Shown: positions 40,709 to 49,411 of the stretch, piece after piece
How the letters are laid out: every line of letters starts with the position of its first letter
Position numbering within the stretch: position 1 is the first letter of the stretch
Assembly: GCA_017615595.1 (NCBI GenBank)
Contig: JAFZZT010000005.1
Span: forward strand, 36,244-100,243
Source of the DNA: Bacteroidales bacterium
Lineage (GTDB): Bacteria; Bacteroidota; Bacteroidia; Bacteroidales; WCHB1-69
Length of the DNA stretch: 64,000 bases
Direction of reading: 5' to 3'
Position numbers and translations under genes: made by a program
Notes under the pieces: model-generated
The model's database searches: none
Told to the model about the DNA's origin: nothing
What the model saw: the letters and a program-made list of their open reading frames with translations, nothing else

Positions 40709-43700
40709 TACTCAAATATTAAAAGATAAGATCAGGGATTTCCTGAAACAGTTTTACCTAAACAAACTGTATAGGGGAATTGTGTACTTGGTTATCATCC
40801 TGCTCTCTGTTTTTATCATTTTTTCCCTGTTTGAATATTTTTCCTACTCTAACACGGTCGTCAGAGCTATCTTGTTTTTCTCCTTCATTGCTTTGAGTGT
40901 CGCAACTTTGATTGCTTATGTCATTGTGCCGGTTTGTAAAATCGCCGGATTGGGAAAACAATTGACCAATGAGGAAATAGCAAAAATAATAGGTGAGCAT
41001 TTTCAGGAAATTGACGATAAACTGCTGAACCTTTTTGATCTTCAGAGACAGCTGGAAAGCGGCAACTATCAAAGTTATGATCTCCTCTCAGCAGCTATTG
41101 ACACAAAAATTGAAAAACTCAAACCTTTCTCTTTTGTCCAGGCTATACCCTTTGACAAAACAAAAAAGTTTGCCCGTTGGGCGCTGATACCGATACTTGT
41201 CTTTGTCCTTTTGATGTTGTTGAAAAAAGAGGTTTTTGTAGAACCTGCCGAACGTATTGTTCATTATAATCAACAATATGAAAAGCCTGCCCCCTACTCT
41301 TTTGTCGTTACCAATCCCAATTTGCGCGCGTTTCAACATGACGATTTCACCGTTCATGTGAAGATTGAAGGGGATGAAACTCCAGAAGAGGTGTTTATCC
41401 ATTACAAAAACAGGACATACAAGTGTAACAAAGTTTCGAATACAGAATTTGACTATACTTTTTCCAATATTCAGCAAGATATTGATTTTAATTTACTTAC
41501 AGATGAAACATCTTCTATTACCTATACGATTGATGTCTTGCCTAAGCCTGTGACCATTGGGTATGAAATGCAGCTCCACTACCCTGCTTATTTGAACAAG
41601 CCGGACGAGGTGCTGGATAATGTGGGTAATGCGACCGTTCCTGAGGGAACTCGCATAGAATGGAAGATCTTCACCAAGAATTCCGATAATATCATTTTCA
41701 TCATTGACGATGAAGTGAAGACCATTTCTTCGGAGGGAGATCAGTTTTTAATCCAAAAAACAGCCAAAAACTCATTTTCTTACGCTCTTTTTAACAAGAA
41801 TTCCTACTTTACTAGCAAAGACACCATCAAAGACAATATCACAGTCATCAAAGACATGTATCCTGAGATTATGGTGATGAGTCAGCAGGATTCCGCCTAT
41901 AGCGAACGCTATTACTTCAAGGGCAATATAAAGGATGATTACGGTTTCTCGAAGCTGCAATTTGTCTATAACCAATATGATGCGAATGGCCGACTTGTCA
42001 AGCAGAATCAAACCGTCAACATTGCCATCCAAACAGGCGTAACGCTCCAGGATTTCTACTACTATTTTGATGCGAATACTTTTGATTTGAAACCGGGAGA
42101 AAAGATAGAATACTATTTCCAAGTCTTTGACAACGATGGTGTTAACGGACATAAATCTGCCAAATCTTCTGTTTCTTCCTATAGGTTAAGAACACTGGAA
42201 GAGATCAGTGACGATTTGGAGAAATCAGAAGATCAGGTGAAATCTGATTTTTCGGATCTTGTTTCGGAGTCCGCCCAATTGATGAAGGATATTGAAAAAT
42301 TGCAAAGCCAACTGCTGCAGGAAAAAGAGTTAAGTTGGCAGGACAAGAAGAAATTGGAGCAGTTGATGAATCAGTATCAGGAGCTGAAAGATGCCATCGA
42401 CAAATTGCAGAACCAGCAGAAGAATAATCAGGCAATAGAATCTCAATATAAAGATATTCAAGAAGATATCCTTAAAAAACAGCAAGAGTTACAGAAGAGG
42501 ATGGAGGATGCCCTGTCGGAGGAAATGAAGCAGATGATGAATAAGCTTCAGCAGATGATGGATCAATCAGCCAAGAAGGACGATGTTCAAAAAGAGATGC
42601 AGAAGTTGAAGAAGAACACGGAGGACATCAACAAGACGCTGGATCAGCAATTGCAGCTCTACAAACAACTGGAAGTAGAGAAAAAGTTGAATGAAACGGT
42701 TCAAAATCTTCGGAATTTGGCAGATGAGCAAGAGAAAAATGCTAAAAACACCGAAAATAAGAACATTTCTAAAGAGCAACTGCAGAAAATACAACAGGAG
42801 ATTCAAGAGAAATACAAAGAGTTGAAGGAGGATCTCCAAGAATTGATGAAATTGAATCAACAGTTGGAGGAGCCTACCAAATTCAAAGATACGCAAGAAT
42901 TGCAGCAGAAGATAGAAAGTCAGATGCAGCAGAGCCAGCAGAATCTGGAGAAGAACAACAGATCCAAATCTTCTGACAATCAAAAAGATGCGTCCGAATC
43001 TATGGATCAATTGGCTAACCAATTGGAGCAGGATTTCAATGAAAGTGAATTAGAAAGTGTTTCCGAAGACATTGAAACCTTACGCCAGATTTTGGATAAT
43101 CTGGTCAAGATATCTTTCAGTCAGGAAAACATTCTGACCTCCACTCAGAAGATGAATGCCAGATCCTCCAGTGTTTCCAATCTGATGACGGAGCAGTTCC
43201 AAGTTAAGAATAATATGGCGCACATTGCCGACTCCTTGAATGCGTTGGCCAGACGGCAAATGTCTGTCAAGCCGTTCATCCAGACGGAAGTCAGCAAGAT
43301 AGAGGATTATCTCAAATCTGCTCAGACCGACTTGAACGACCGGAAGTTGCCTAATGCTTCAAAGAACCAGCAGTTTGCGCTTACTTCCATGAACAATTTG
43401 GCTTTGATGCTCAATGAATCCTTGCAAGAGATGCAGAAAAAGAAGGAAGAGTGCAAGTCAAAATGCAACAAATCCGGCAATGGCTCTTGCAGCAAGCCTG
43501 GTGGCAAGGGGAAGAGCAAGAAAACATCTGCCCGTGAGTTACAGCAGCAGTTGAACCGTCAGATGGAGGCTTTGAAGAAGAGCATGGAACAACAGGGTCA
43601 GCAAGGTCAAACGGGTCAGCAGCAGCAGATGAGCGAGAAGTTCGCCAAAATGGCCGCCCAGCAGGAGGCGATCCGAAAGATGTTGGAGGATTACAATAAC

Positions 43701-44051
43701 GAGATGAAGTCCGAGAACGGGGTAGGGGACCGCACCCTGGAGCAACTCATCAACGACATGAAAAAGACCGAAAAAGAGCTCGTAAACCGCACTATAACGC
43801 AACAAACGATACAACGGCAACAATCTATCACCACCCGCCTTTTAAAGAGCGAGAGGGCCGATATTGAGAAGGAGAAAGACGAAGAACGCAAGTCCAACGA
43901 GGCAAAGTATGTGCCGCAGTTGAATCCGCCCAAGGATTGGAAATTTGATACGGAGCACCAGCAACAGAACGAAATGCTGAAATCTGTCCCGGCCGATCTG
44001 AACCACTATTACAAAGAGAAGGCCAACGAATATTTTTATAACATTGATTAA
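40695..44051 (+). CDS. Large membrane-anchored protein with an N-terminal double-transmembrane segment, a beta-rich middle region and about 600 aa of Q/E/K-rich coiled coil (resembles Bacteroidota DUF4175-type proteins)
   Basis: It has transmembrane helices at about aa 30-50, 60-85 and 160-180, a long heptad-like segment (LQSQLLQEKELSWQDKKKLEQLMNQYQELKD...), and a basic Cys cluster (CKSKCNKSGNGSCSKPGGKGKSKK). The ATG at 40695 overlaps the upstream stop. Confidence 0.55.
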   Translation: MQSSNTQILKDKIRDFLKQFYLNKLYRGIVYLVIILLSVFIIFSLFEYFSYSNTVVRAILFFSFIALSVATLIAYVIVPVCKIAGLGKQLTNEEIAKIIGEHFQEIDDKLLNLFDLQRQLESGNYQSYDLLSAAIDTKIEKLKPFSFVQAIPFDKTKKFARWALIPILVFVLLMLLKKEVFVEPAERIVHYNQQYEKPAPYSFVVTNPNLRAFQHDDFTVHVKIEGDETPEEVFIHYKNRTYKCNKVSNTEFDYTFSNIQQDIDFNLLTDETSSITYTIDVLPKPVTIGYEMQLHYPAYLNKPDEVLDNVGNATVPEGTRIEWKIFTKNSDNIIFIIDDEVKTISSEGDQFLIQKTAKNSFSYALFNKNSYFTSKDTIKDNITVIKDMYPEIMVMSQQDSAYSERYYFKGNIKDDYGFSKLQFVYNQYDANGRLVKQNQTVNIAIQTGVTLQDFYYYFDANTFDLKPGEKIEYYFQVFDNDGVNGHKSAKSSVSSYRLRTLEEISDDLEKSEDQVKSDFSDLVSESAQLMKDIEKLQSQLLQEKELSWQDKKKLEQLMNQYQELKDAIDKLQNQQKNNQAIESQYKDIQEDILKKQQELQKRMEDALSEEMKQMMNKLQQMMDQSAKKDDVQKEMQKLKKNTEDINKTLDQQLQLYKQLEVEKKLNETVQNLRNLADEQEKNAKNTENKNISKEQLQKIQQEIQEKYKELKEDLQELMKLNQQLEEPTKFKDTQELQQKIESQMQQSQQNLEKNNRSKSSDNQKDASESMDQLANQLEQDFNESELESVSEDIETLRQILDNLVKISFSQENILTSTQKMNARSSSVSNLMTEQFQVKNNMAHIADSLNALARRQMSVKPFIQTEVSKIEDYLKSAQTDLNDRKLPNASKNQQFALTSMNNLALMLNESLQEMQKKKEECKSKCNKSGNGSCSKPGGKGKSKKTSARELQQQLNRQMEALKKSMEQQGQQGQTGQQQQMSEKFAKMAAQQEAIRKMLEDYNNEMKSENGVGDRTLEQLINDMKKTEKELVNRTITQQTIQRQQSITTRLLKSERADIEKEKDEERKSNEAKYVPQLNPPKDWKFDTEHQQQNEMLKSVPADLNHYYKEKANEYFYNID

Positions 44052-44062
44052 AATGCAACACT

Positions 44063-44488
44063 ATGATATACTTTGAATTAAACAACCTCAACAAAGAAAA
44101 TATCTATCGAAAGACACTCTCCATGATAGAGTATTTATGTGATAAGTACTCCTTTACAGAACAAAGGGGGGTGATAGAGATGACCAATCAGTGTTTTATC
44201 GAGCAATTACAAGCCCAGCAGGATGATTTTTCCGTGGACATAACCGCTCATTTAGAGAATAATACGTTAGTTTTCAATTATTTATCAGAGAAGCCCCTTT
44301 TCCAATTTGTCGAAGAGACCAGCACCGATTTAGCAGCCGATAACATTTGGGGTGTTTTGGTGGAGAATTTGGACTTAAGTGCTGATTATAAATCTCTTAC
44401 AATAGATTTTTACGTAAAACCACACCAGAACGTTACACGTCCAGTGGTGAATACCATACTACAAAAAAAGGATTCTTACCAGATATGA
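44063..44488 (+). CDS. Hypothetical cytoplasmic protein (141 aa)
   Basis: The ORF has no recognisable motif. Its stop overlaps the next start (ATGA at 44485-44488). Confidence 0.4.
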   Translation: MIYFELNNLNKENIYRKTLSMIEYLCDKYSFTEQRGVIEMTNQCFIEQLQAQQDDFSVDITAHLENNTLVFNYLSEKPLFQFVEETSTDLAADNIWGVLVENLDLSADYKSLTIDFYVKPHQNVTRPVVNTILQKKDSYQI

Positions 44489-45537
44489 AAAGATTTCTCC
44501 TTTTTTTCGTTTTGACCATACAGGCGCTCTTCTTATGTGGTCAATCTTATGATGTTCTTTTCATCGGTAATAGTTATACCGAGGTCAATAATCTTCCGCA
44601 AATGGTTACCGACATGGCACAATCTACAGGAGATGCCATCACTTATCAGGCCCACACACCTGGAGGGTGCACCTTTCAACAGCATGTCTCCGGCGCAGCA
44701 CCTCTCATTCAACAGGGAGGATGGGACTATGTGGTGCTTCAAGAGCAGAGTCAGTTGCCCTCGTTTCCGATCAACCAGTTCATGAATGAATCTTATCCTT
44801 ACGCGCAGCAATTGTGTCAGATGATAAGACAATACAATCCCGAGGCCAAGATAGTTTTTTACATGACTTGGGGCAGAAAAAACGGGGATCAGCAGAACGC
44901 GCCTTATTATCCTCCGCTAGGTACATACGAGGGGATGGATAGCCTTCTTTTTGCACGATACATGATGATGGCGGCTGATAATCAAGCTTGGGTATCACCT
45001 GTTGGCTATGTGTGGCATTATATCCGTGATCATTATCCAGACATTGAGCTCTACAGTTCCGATGAGAGTCATCCTTCCTTGATTGGTACATACGCAGCCG
45101 CTTGCTGCTTTTACACGGTCTTTTTCCAAAAGAATCCACAAGACATCACCTTTGACAGTTCGCTGGAACCAGCCATGACACAAATTGTGAAGGATGTTAC
45201 CCGCACCTTGGTTTATGATAGTCTGTCGCGATGGTGCATGTCCGTTGATTCCATTATCCCTGAAGATTCCACCGCCATATCCGACATTTCTGTTACAATG
45301 CCTCAACTATGGTATAATCCGGCAACTTGTCAAATTGTTATGGAAGCCGAGAATCAACAGCCATTCAAGCTGACGCTCTTTTCTTTGAATGGTCAGGCAA
45401 TTTCTGTATATATCGGAGACGGAAACGAGTCCCAGTGTTATTTTCCTGTGATGGGTTTGTCCCCAGGCATCTACTTGATCCAGTATCAGACAGCTACTGC
45501 TATCTCCACTAAAAAATTATTCATCGGAAAGTCATGA
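44485..45537 (+). CDS. Secreted SGNH/GDSL-like hydrolase-fold protein with a T9SS type-A C-terminal domain
   Basis: It has a signal peptide, block I (VLFIGNSYT), block V-like (SDESHPS), and a C-terminal sorting-like segment (LTLFSLNGQAISVY...GIYLIQYQT...KKLFIGKS). Confidence 0.55.
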   Translation: MKRFLLFFVLTIQALFLCGQSYDVLFIGNSYTEVNNLPQMVTDMAQSTGDAITYQAHTPGGCTFQQHVSGAAPLIQQGGWDYVVLQEQSQLPSFPINQFMNESYPYAQQLCQMIRQYNPEAKIVFYMTWGRKNGDQQNAPYYPPLGTYEGMDSLLFARYMMMAADNQAWVSPVGYVWHYIRDHYPDIELYSSDESHPSLIGTYAAACCFYTVFFQKNPQDITFDSSLEPAMTQIVKDVTRTLVYDSLSRWCMSVDSIIPEDSTAISDISVTMPQLWYNPATCQIVMEAENQQPFKLTLFSLNGQAISVYIGDGNESQCYFPVMGLSPGIYLIQYQTATAISTKKLFIGKS

Positions 45538-45959
45538 TCGATTTCACATTTCAAATAGACGTGGACTTCCAACCCACCATACAACATAAAAGTTGGCTGA
45601 AGGCGGTTATCAGGAACGAGCAGCTCCAACCAGGTGATATTCATTATCTGTTTTGCGATGATGCCTACCTCTTGGAGCGCAACATACAATTTCTCCACCA
45701 TGACACATTTACAGACATCATTACTTTTGATAATAGAGTAGGGGATTTTGTTTCCGGTGAAATTTTTATCAGTGTTGAGCGTGTCCTAGAAAATGCCAAA
45801 TTGTTGAGGGTTGCCTTTTCGGACGAGATGCTGAGAGTCTTGGTGCATGGTGTCTTGCACCTCTGTGGATATAAGGATAAAACCGAAGAGGAAGCAGCCC
45901 AGATGCGCTCTTTGGAGAATAAATACATGGTCCTGTTTCACGACATGTTTCCCGCCTAA
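45534..45959 (+). CDS. ybeY: rRNA maturation endoribonuclease YbeY
   Basis: It has the zinc motif HGVLHLCGYKD. 141 aa. The start overlaps the upstream stop (ATGA). Confidence 0.85.
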   Translation: MIDFTFQIDVDFQPTIQHKSWLKAVIRNEQLQPGDIHYLFCDDAYLLERNIQFLHHDTFTDIITFDNRVGDFVSGEIFISVERVLENAKLLRVAFSDEMLRVLVHGVLHLCGYKDKTEEEAAQMRSLENKYMVLFHDMFPA

Positions 45960-46003
45960 ATAGTTGATTGACAAAATAATATTTTTAGTGTTTTACGTAG
46001 AAC

Positions 46004-47881
46004 ATGGATGATAGATTCGATATAATTGTGGTTGGTGCCGGTCATGCAGGATGTGAGGCGGCGGTGGCGGCGGCCCGATTAGGCAGCAGGACGCTCCTCA
46101 TCACGATGAACCTCGCGTTGGTCGCGCAGATGTCGTGCAACCCCGCCATGGGTGGTGTGGCCAAAGGACAAATCGTACGCGAGATCGATGCCCTTGGCGG
46201 TATGTCGGGTATTGTCACTGACCATGCGACTATCCAGTTCCGGATGTTGGGACGCTCCAAAGGACCAGCCATGTGGAGTCCCCGGGCGCAATGCGACAAG
46301 GCCCAGTTTTCCCAGATCTGGCTTTCCGTTCTACAACGTACCCCCAACTTGAATCTTCGACAAGATACGGTCACGGAACTCTTGTTTGATGGTGAAGACT
46401 TGGTAGGCGTAAAGACCCAGCTCGGCAAGAATATCTATGCGCCTAAAGTCATCCTTACCAACGGTACTTTCTTGAATGGAAGAATCCATGTGGGCGAGTA
46501 TAATTTTTCCGGCGGTAGAATAGGGGAGTCCGCCTCTTTTGTTCTCTCTGACCAATTGAAGGAACGCGGAATTGAGACTAAGAAATTAAAGACAGGTACC
46601 CCCGTCCGTATTGATGGCCGTACAATCGATTTTTCACAGTTGTTGGAACAACCCGGTGATGAAGATCCCCAGACCTTCTCTTTCTCCAACACTCTCCCCG
46701 TCCAAAATCAGCTCAGTTGCTGGATAACATACACCAACACCCAGGTGCATGAGGTGCTCCAAAAAGGATTTGAAAAGTCCCCTCTTTTCCAGGGTAGGAT
46801 CCAAGGTGTGGGACCGCGTTATTGTCCTTCTATTGAAGATAAGATTGTCCGTTTCTCCGACAAAGACAAGCATCAGCTTTTTCTCGAGCCTGAAGGTCGC
46901 AATACCGTGGAATATTATCTCAACGGCTTTTCGTCCTCGCTTCCGGAAGACATTCAGGTCGAGGCCATGCACCTGATTCCCGGTCTGGAAAAAGCGTCCA
47001 TCTTCAGACCTGGATATGCGATCGAGTATGATTATTTCAACCCGACGCAACTACATTATACACTCGAGTCGAAATTGATCCCTAACCTTTATCTTGCCGG
47101 TCAGGTTAACGGTACAACAGGGTATGAAGAGGCAGCTTGCCAGGGTTTGATGGCCGGTATCAACGCCCATTTAGCTTTGCATGGCCAAGAGCCTTTAATT
47201 TTAAAACGCTCCCAAGCTTATATCGGCGTCTTGATTGATGACCTCATCACCAAAGGAGTGCAGGATCCTTATAGGATGTTCACCTCCCGTGCTGAATACA
47301 GAATCCTGCTTCGTCAGGATAATGCGGATGCCCGCTTAACGCCCATCGGACACGAACTCGGCTTGATTGACGATGTTCGTTTTGCCAACTTCGAAGCCAA
47401 GTACCAGCAGCAACAGGATGTGGAAGCGTATATGCAATCCCATCTGACCAAGCTGGCGCCTTTCAACAAGATGCTCGAAGAGAAAGAAACTGCAACCTTG
47501 CTGCACAATGTCAAACTGGCGCAGATTCTTCTACGCCCGCAGCTCACTATTCACGATATTATCGATACAGACCCCGACTTTGCCCAGTTTCTGCAAGAGC
47601 ATGAAATCACAGAAGAGCAGATTACCAATGTGGAGACAAGTATCAAGTATGAGAATTATATCCAAAAAGAGGAGCAGTTAGTTCAAAAGTTTTCTCAACT
47701 TGACCATATCAAAATCTCACCCGATTTTGAATACTTTTCCCTTCAGAGCATTTCCAAAGAAGCGCGGGAAAAATTGTCCAAGGCTAAGCCGATGAATTTG
47801 GGTCAGGCATCCCGAATCAGCGGAGTCAGTCCTTCCGATATTACCGTTCTCATGATTTATCTGAACAGTAATAAATCATAA
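46004..47881 (+). CDS. mnmG: tRNA uridine 5-carboxymethylaminomethyl modification enzyme MnmG (GidA)
   Basis: FDIIVVGAGHAGCEAA, SCNPAMGGVAKGQIVREIDALGG and GPRYCPSIEDK. 625 aa. Confidence 0.95.
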   Translation: MDDRFDIIVVGAGHAGCEAAVAAARLGSRTLLITMNLALVAQMSCNPAMGGVAKGQIVREIDALGGMSGIVTDHATIQFRMLGRSKGPAMWSPRAQCDKAQFSQIWLSVLQRTPNLNLRQDTVTELLFDGEDLVGVKTQLGKNIYAPKVILTNGTFLNGRIHVGEYNFSGGRIGESASFVLSDQLKERGIETKKLKTGTPVRIDGRTIDFSQLLEQPGDEDPQTFSFSNTLPVQNQLSCWITYTNTQVHEVLQKGFEKSPLFQGRIQGVGPRYCPSIEDKIVRFSDKDKHQLFLEPEGRNTVEYYLNGFSSSLPEDIQVEAMHLIPGLEKASIFRPGYAIEYDYFNPTQLHYTLESKLIPNLYLAGQVNGTTGYEEAACQGLMAGINAHLALHGQEPLILKRSQAYIGVLIDDLITKGVQDPYRMFTSRAEYRILLRQDNADARLTPIGHELGLIDDVRFANFEAKYQQQQDVEAYMQSHLTKLAPFNKMLEEKETATLLHNVKLAQILLRPQLTIHDIIDTDPDFAQFLQEHEITEEQITNVETSIKYENYIQKEEQLVQKFSQLDHIKISPDFEYFSLQSISKEAREKLSKAKPMNLGQASRISGVSPSDITVLMIYLNSNKS

Positions 47882-48123
47882 GGATTTGATTATCAATACT
47901 ATAATATAAAATTCAGGATATTTCAGCTTTATTTCCACGAAAAGTCCTGCGTTTCATTTTTTCATTTTTTGTTTCTCATAGCCCAATTTTTTACAATGTG
48001 CACTGAATATCAGTGTGATATTGTAGTTCATGCCGGTTTTTGTGAGAGAATATATACCTGATGACATTCACACTCCTTTTATTTTAGAAAAGAAGCCAAC
48101 AGGTTTGAAAAAATTAATGGAAG

Positions 48124-48195
48124 TAGTCCCGCTGGGAATCGAACCCAGATCTAAGGTTTAGGAAACCTTTGTTCTATCCATTGAACTACAAGACC
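48124..48195 (-). tRNA. tRNA-Arg (anticodon CCT)
   Basis: I folded it by hand on the minus strand: acceptor GGTCTTG/CGGGACT (three G-U pairs), D arm GTTC-AATGGATA-GAAC, anticodon arm AAGGT-TTCCTAA-ACCTT (anticodon CCT), variable loop AGAT, T arm CTGGG-TTCGATT-CCCAG, discriminator A. 72 nt, with no encoded CCA. Confidence 0.85.
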
Positions 48196-48204
48196 AAGAG
48201 GCGG

Positions 48205-48212
48205 CAAAAATA
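48205..48212 (-). promoter_or_regulatory. -7 element (TATTTTTG on the minus strand) directly upstream of tRNA-Arg
   Basis: The plus strand reads CAAAAATA, 10 nt upstream of the tRNA 5' end. Confidence 0.5.
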
Positions 48213-48293
48213 ACAAATTTATAGCGCCTCGACAAAAGTTTCTTTTTTGGTCATCTAGAGGAAAGGAGTTCCTCGTGGACATCAAGCCGATCT

Positions 48294-49055
48294 TTACAAA
48301 GGTAGTTTGCTTTTGAGTTCGTTTTTGAAGGATCTGGTGATTTTGAAAGTCATCTCGCCAATCCGGCAGGTGTCTCCACGCAGCATCTGGTCTATTTTCC
48401 GGACATTGACAATCGTTTTTTGATTGATTTTCTGAAAGCAGTCAGCGGGCAGACGGTTTAGGAAATATTTGAGAGACTTTTTCCGTTCATACCGCTCACT
48501 GTTTTCCATGTAGAATAGAATCTTGTCGCCCTCAAGCTGCAAAAAGAGGATTTCACTTAATAGAATTCTGACGGACGGCTGGGATTTGGTGGCGGGTAGA
48601 AAAATGGATTCTTCCGTGAAGATGATCTTGGCCATGGATGCCCGGTATTCCAGCTCTTTTTCGCTTACTATGCCATGGTGTCCTTTAGCCGATCCGTAGA
48701 AAGCATGGATATTTAATATTTTCCCCAAGATTGCAGTTAACTGTTCGTCCCGATTTCCCGGGAGCAAAATGTCAAAACACCCCATTTTCATTAGTTTTTT
48801 CATCCTGTTTATATTGATTTTTGTACATATAGGCACAACAAACACGGGTTTGTGGATGGTATATAATAGGTTTATGAACACCTCATCCAGAAATAGTAAC
48901 GTGTACGAGTCTTGGTTCAAGAATTCAATAGCCTCTTCCACGTCCGCCAGCACAGACACCTTTTTACAAGTTGAAAATCTTGACAATGAATCCTTTAGCC
49001 ATTCAGATGTTTTTTCTTCCTCTACCAAAATAGCAGTATGAATTTCGCTTTTCAT
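48294..49055 (-). CDS. LytTR-family DNA-binding protein with a degenerate receiver-like N-terminal domain
   Basis: The C-terminal LytTR block is ILLSEILFLQLEGDKILFYMEN...FQKINQKTIVNVRKI. The N-terminus resembles REC but has EEE where the acidic DD pair is expected, and no clear conserved Lys. Confidence 0.65.
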   Translation of the reverse strand: MKSEIHTAILVEEEKTSEWLKDSLSRFSTCKKVSVLADVEEAIEFLNQDSYTLLFLDEVFINLLYTIHKPVFVVPICTKININRMKKLMKMGCFDILLPGNRDEQLTAILGKILNIHAFYGSAKGHHGIVSEKELEYRASMAKIIFTEESIFLPATKSQPSVRILLSEILFLQLEGDKILFYMENSERYERKKSLKYFLNRLPADCFQKINQKTIVNVRKIDQMLRGDTCRIGEMTFKITRSFKNELKSKLPL

Positions 49056-49366
49056 AATAAATGAATTTAATGGATTAATAAATTAAAAGTAGGAAATATT
49101 TAAACACAAACAAAAAACATCTAAAAGCGATATTTTCTGCCGGGTTTTAATCAAAATCCATCAAAAACGAATGATGAAGCAACAAAATTCACAATAATTT
49201 CCTAGAAATCAAATAATGTTGTTAACTTTACAAAAAATTTCGCAAAAAGGTCGTATTTGGAGATGTTTTTGTTAATAATTATTGCTTGTAGAAAAAATGA
49301 CATCGTAAGAAAAAACCAGCAACGTCTTTTTTTTCTTTGAGTGGAGTAAGAATGGAATTTTTTAAG

Positions 49367-49374
49367 TAATTTTG
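49367..49374 (+). promoter_or_regulatory. -7 element TAATTTTG upstream of the carboxynorspermidine dehydrogenase gene
   Basis: Matches TAnnTTTG, 38 nt upstream of the ATG at 49412. Confidence 0.4.
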
Positions 49375-49411
49375 CGGGTTGTTTCAAGAAAAATCTTAAT
49401 ACAAAACTATT

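Noticed and set aside
42180-43900. Highly repetitive-looking A/G-rich DNA (CAG/GAA/AAG-rich), considered as a tandem repeat or CRISPR-like array
   Set aside because: It is in frame within the 1119-aa ORF and encodes a Q/E/K/L heptad coiled coil. There are no fixed-length direct repeats with unique spacers.
47882-49411. Possible integrated mobile element at tRNA-Arg(CCT), suggested by low GC and an orphan regulator
   Set aside because: I found no integrase, recombinase, transposase or phage gene, and no direct repeat of the tRNA 3' end. The flanking genes (mnmG, carboxynorspermidine dehydrogenase, guaB) are core.
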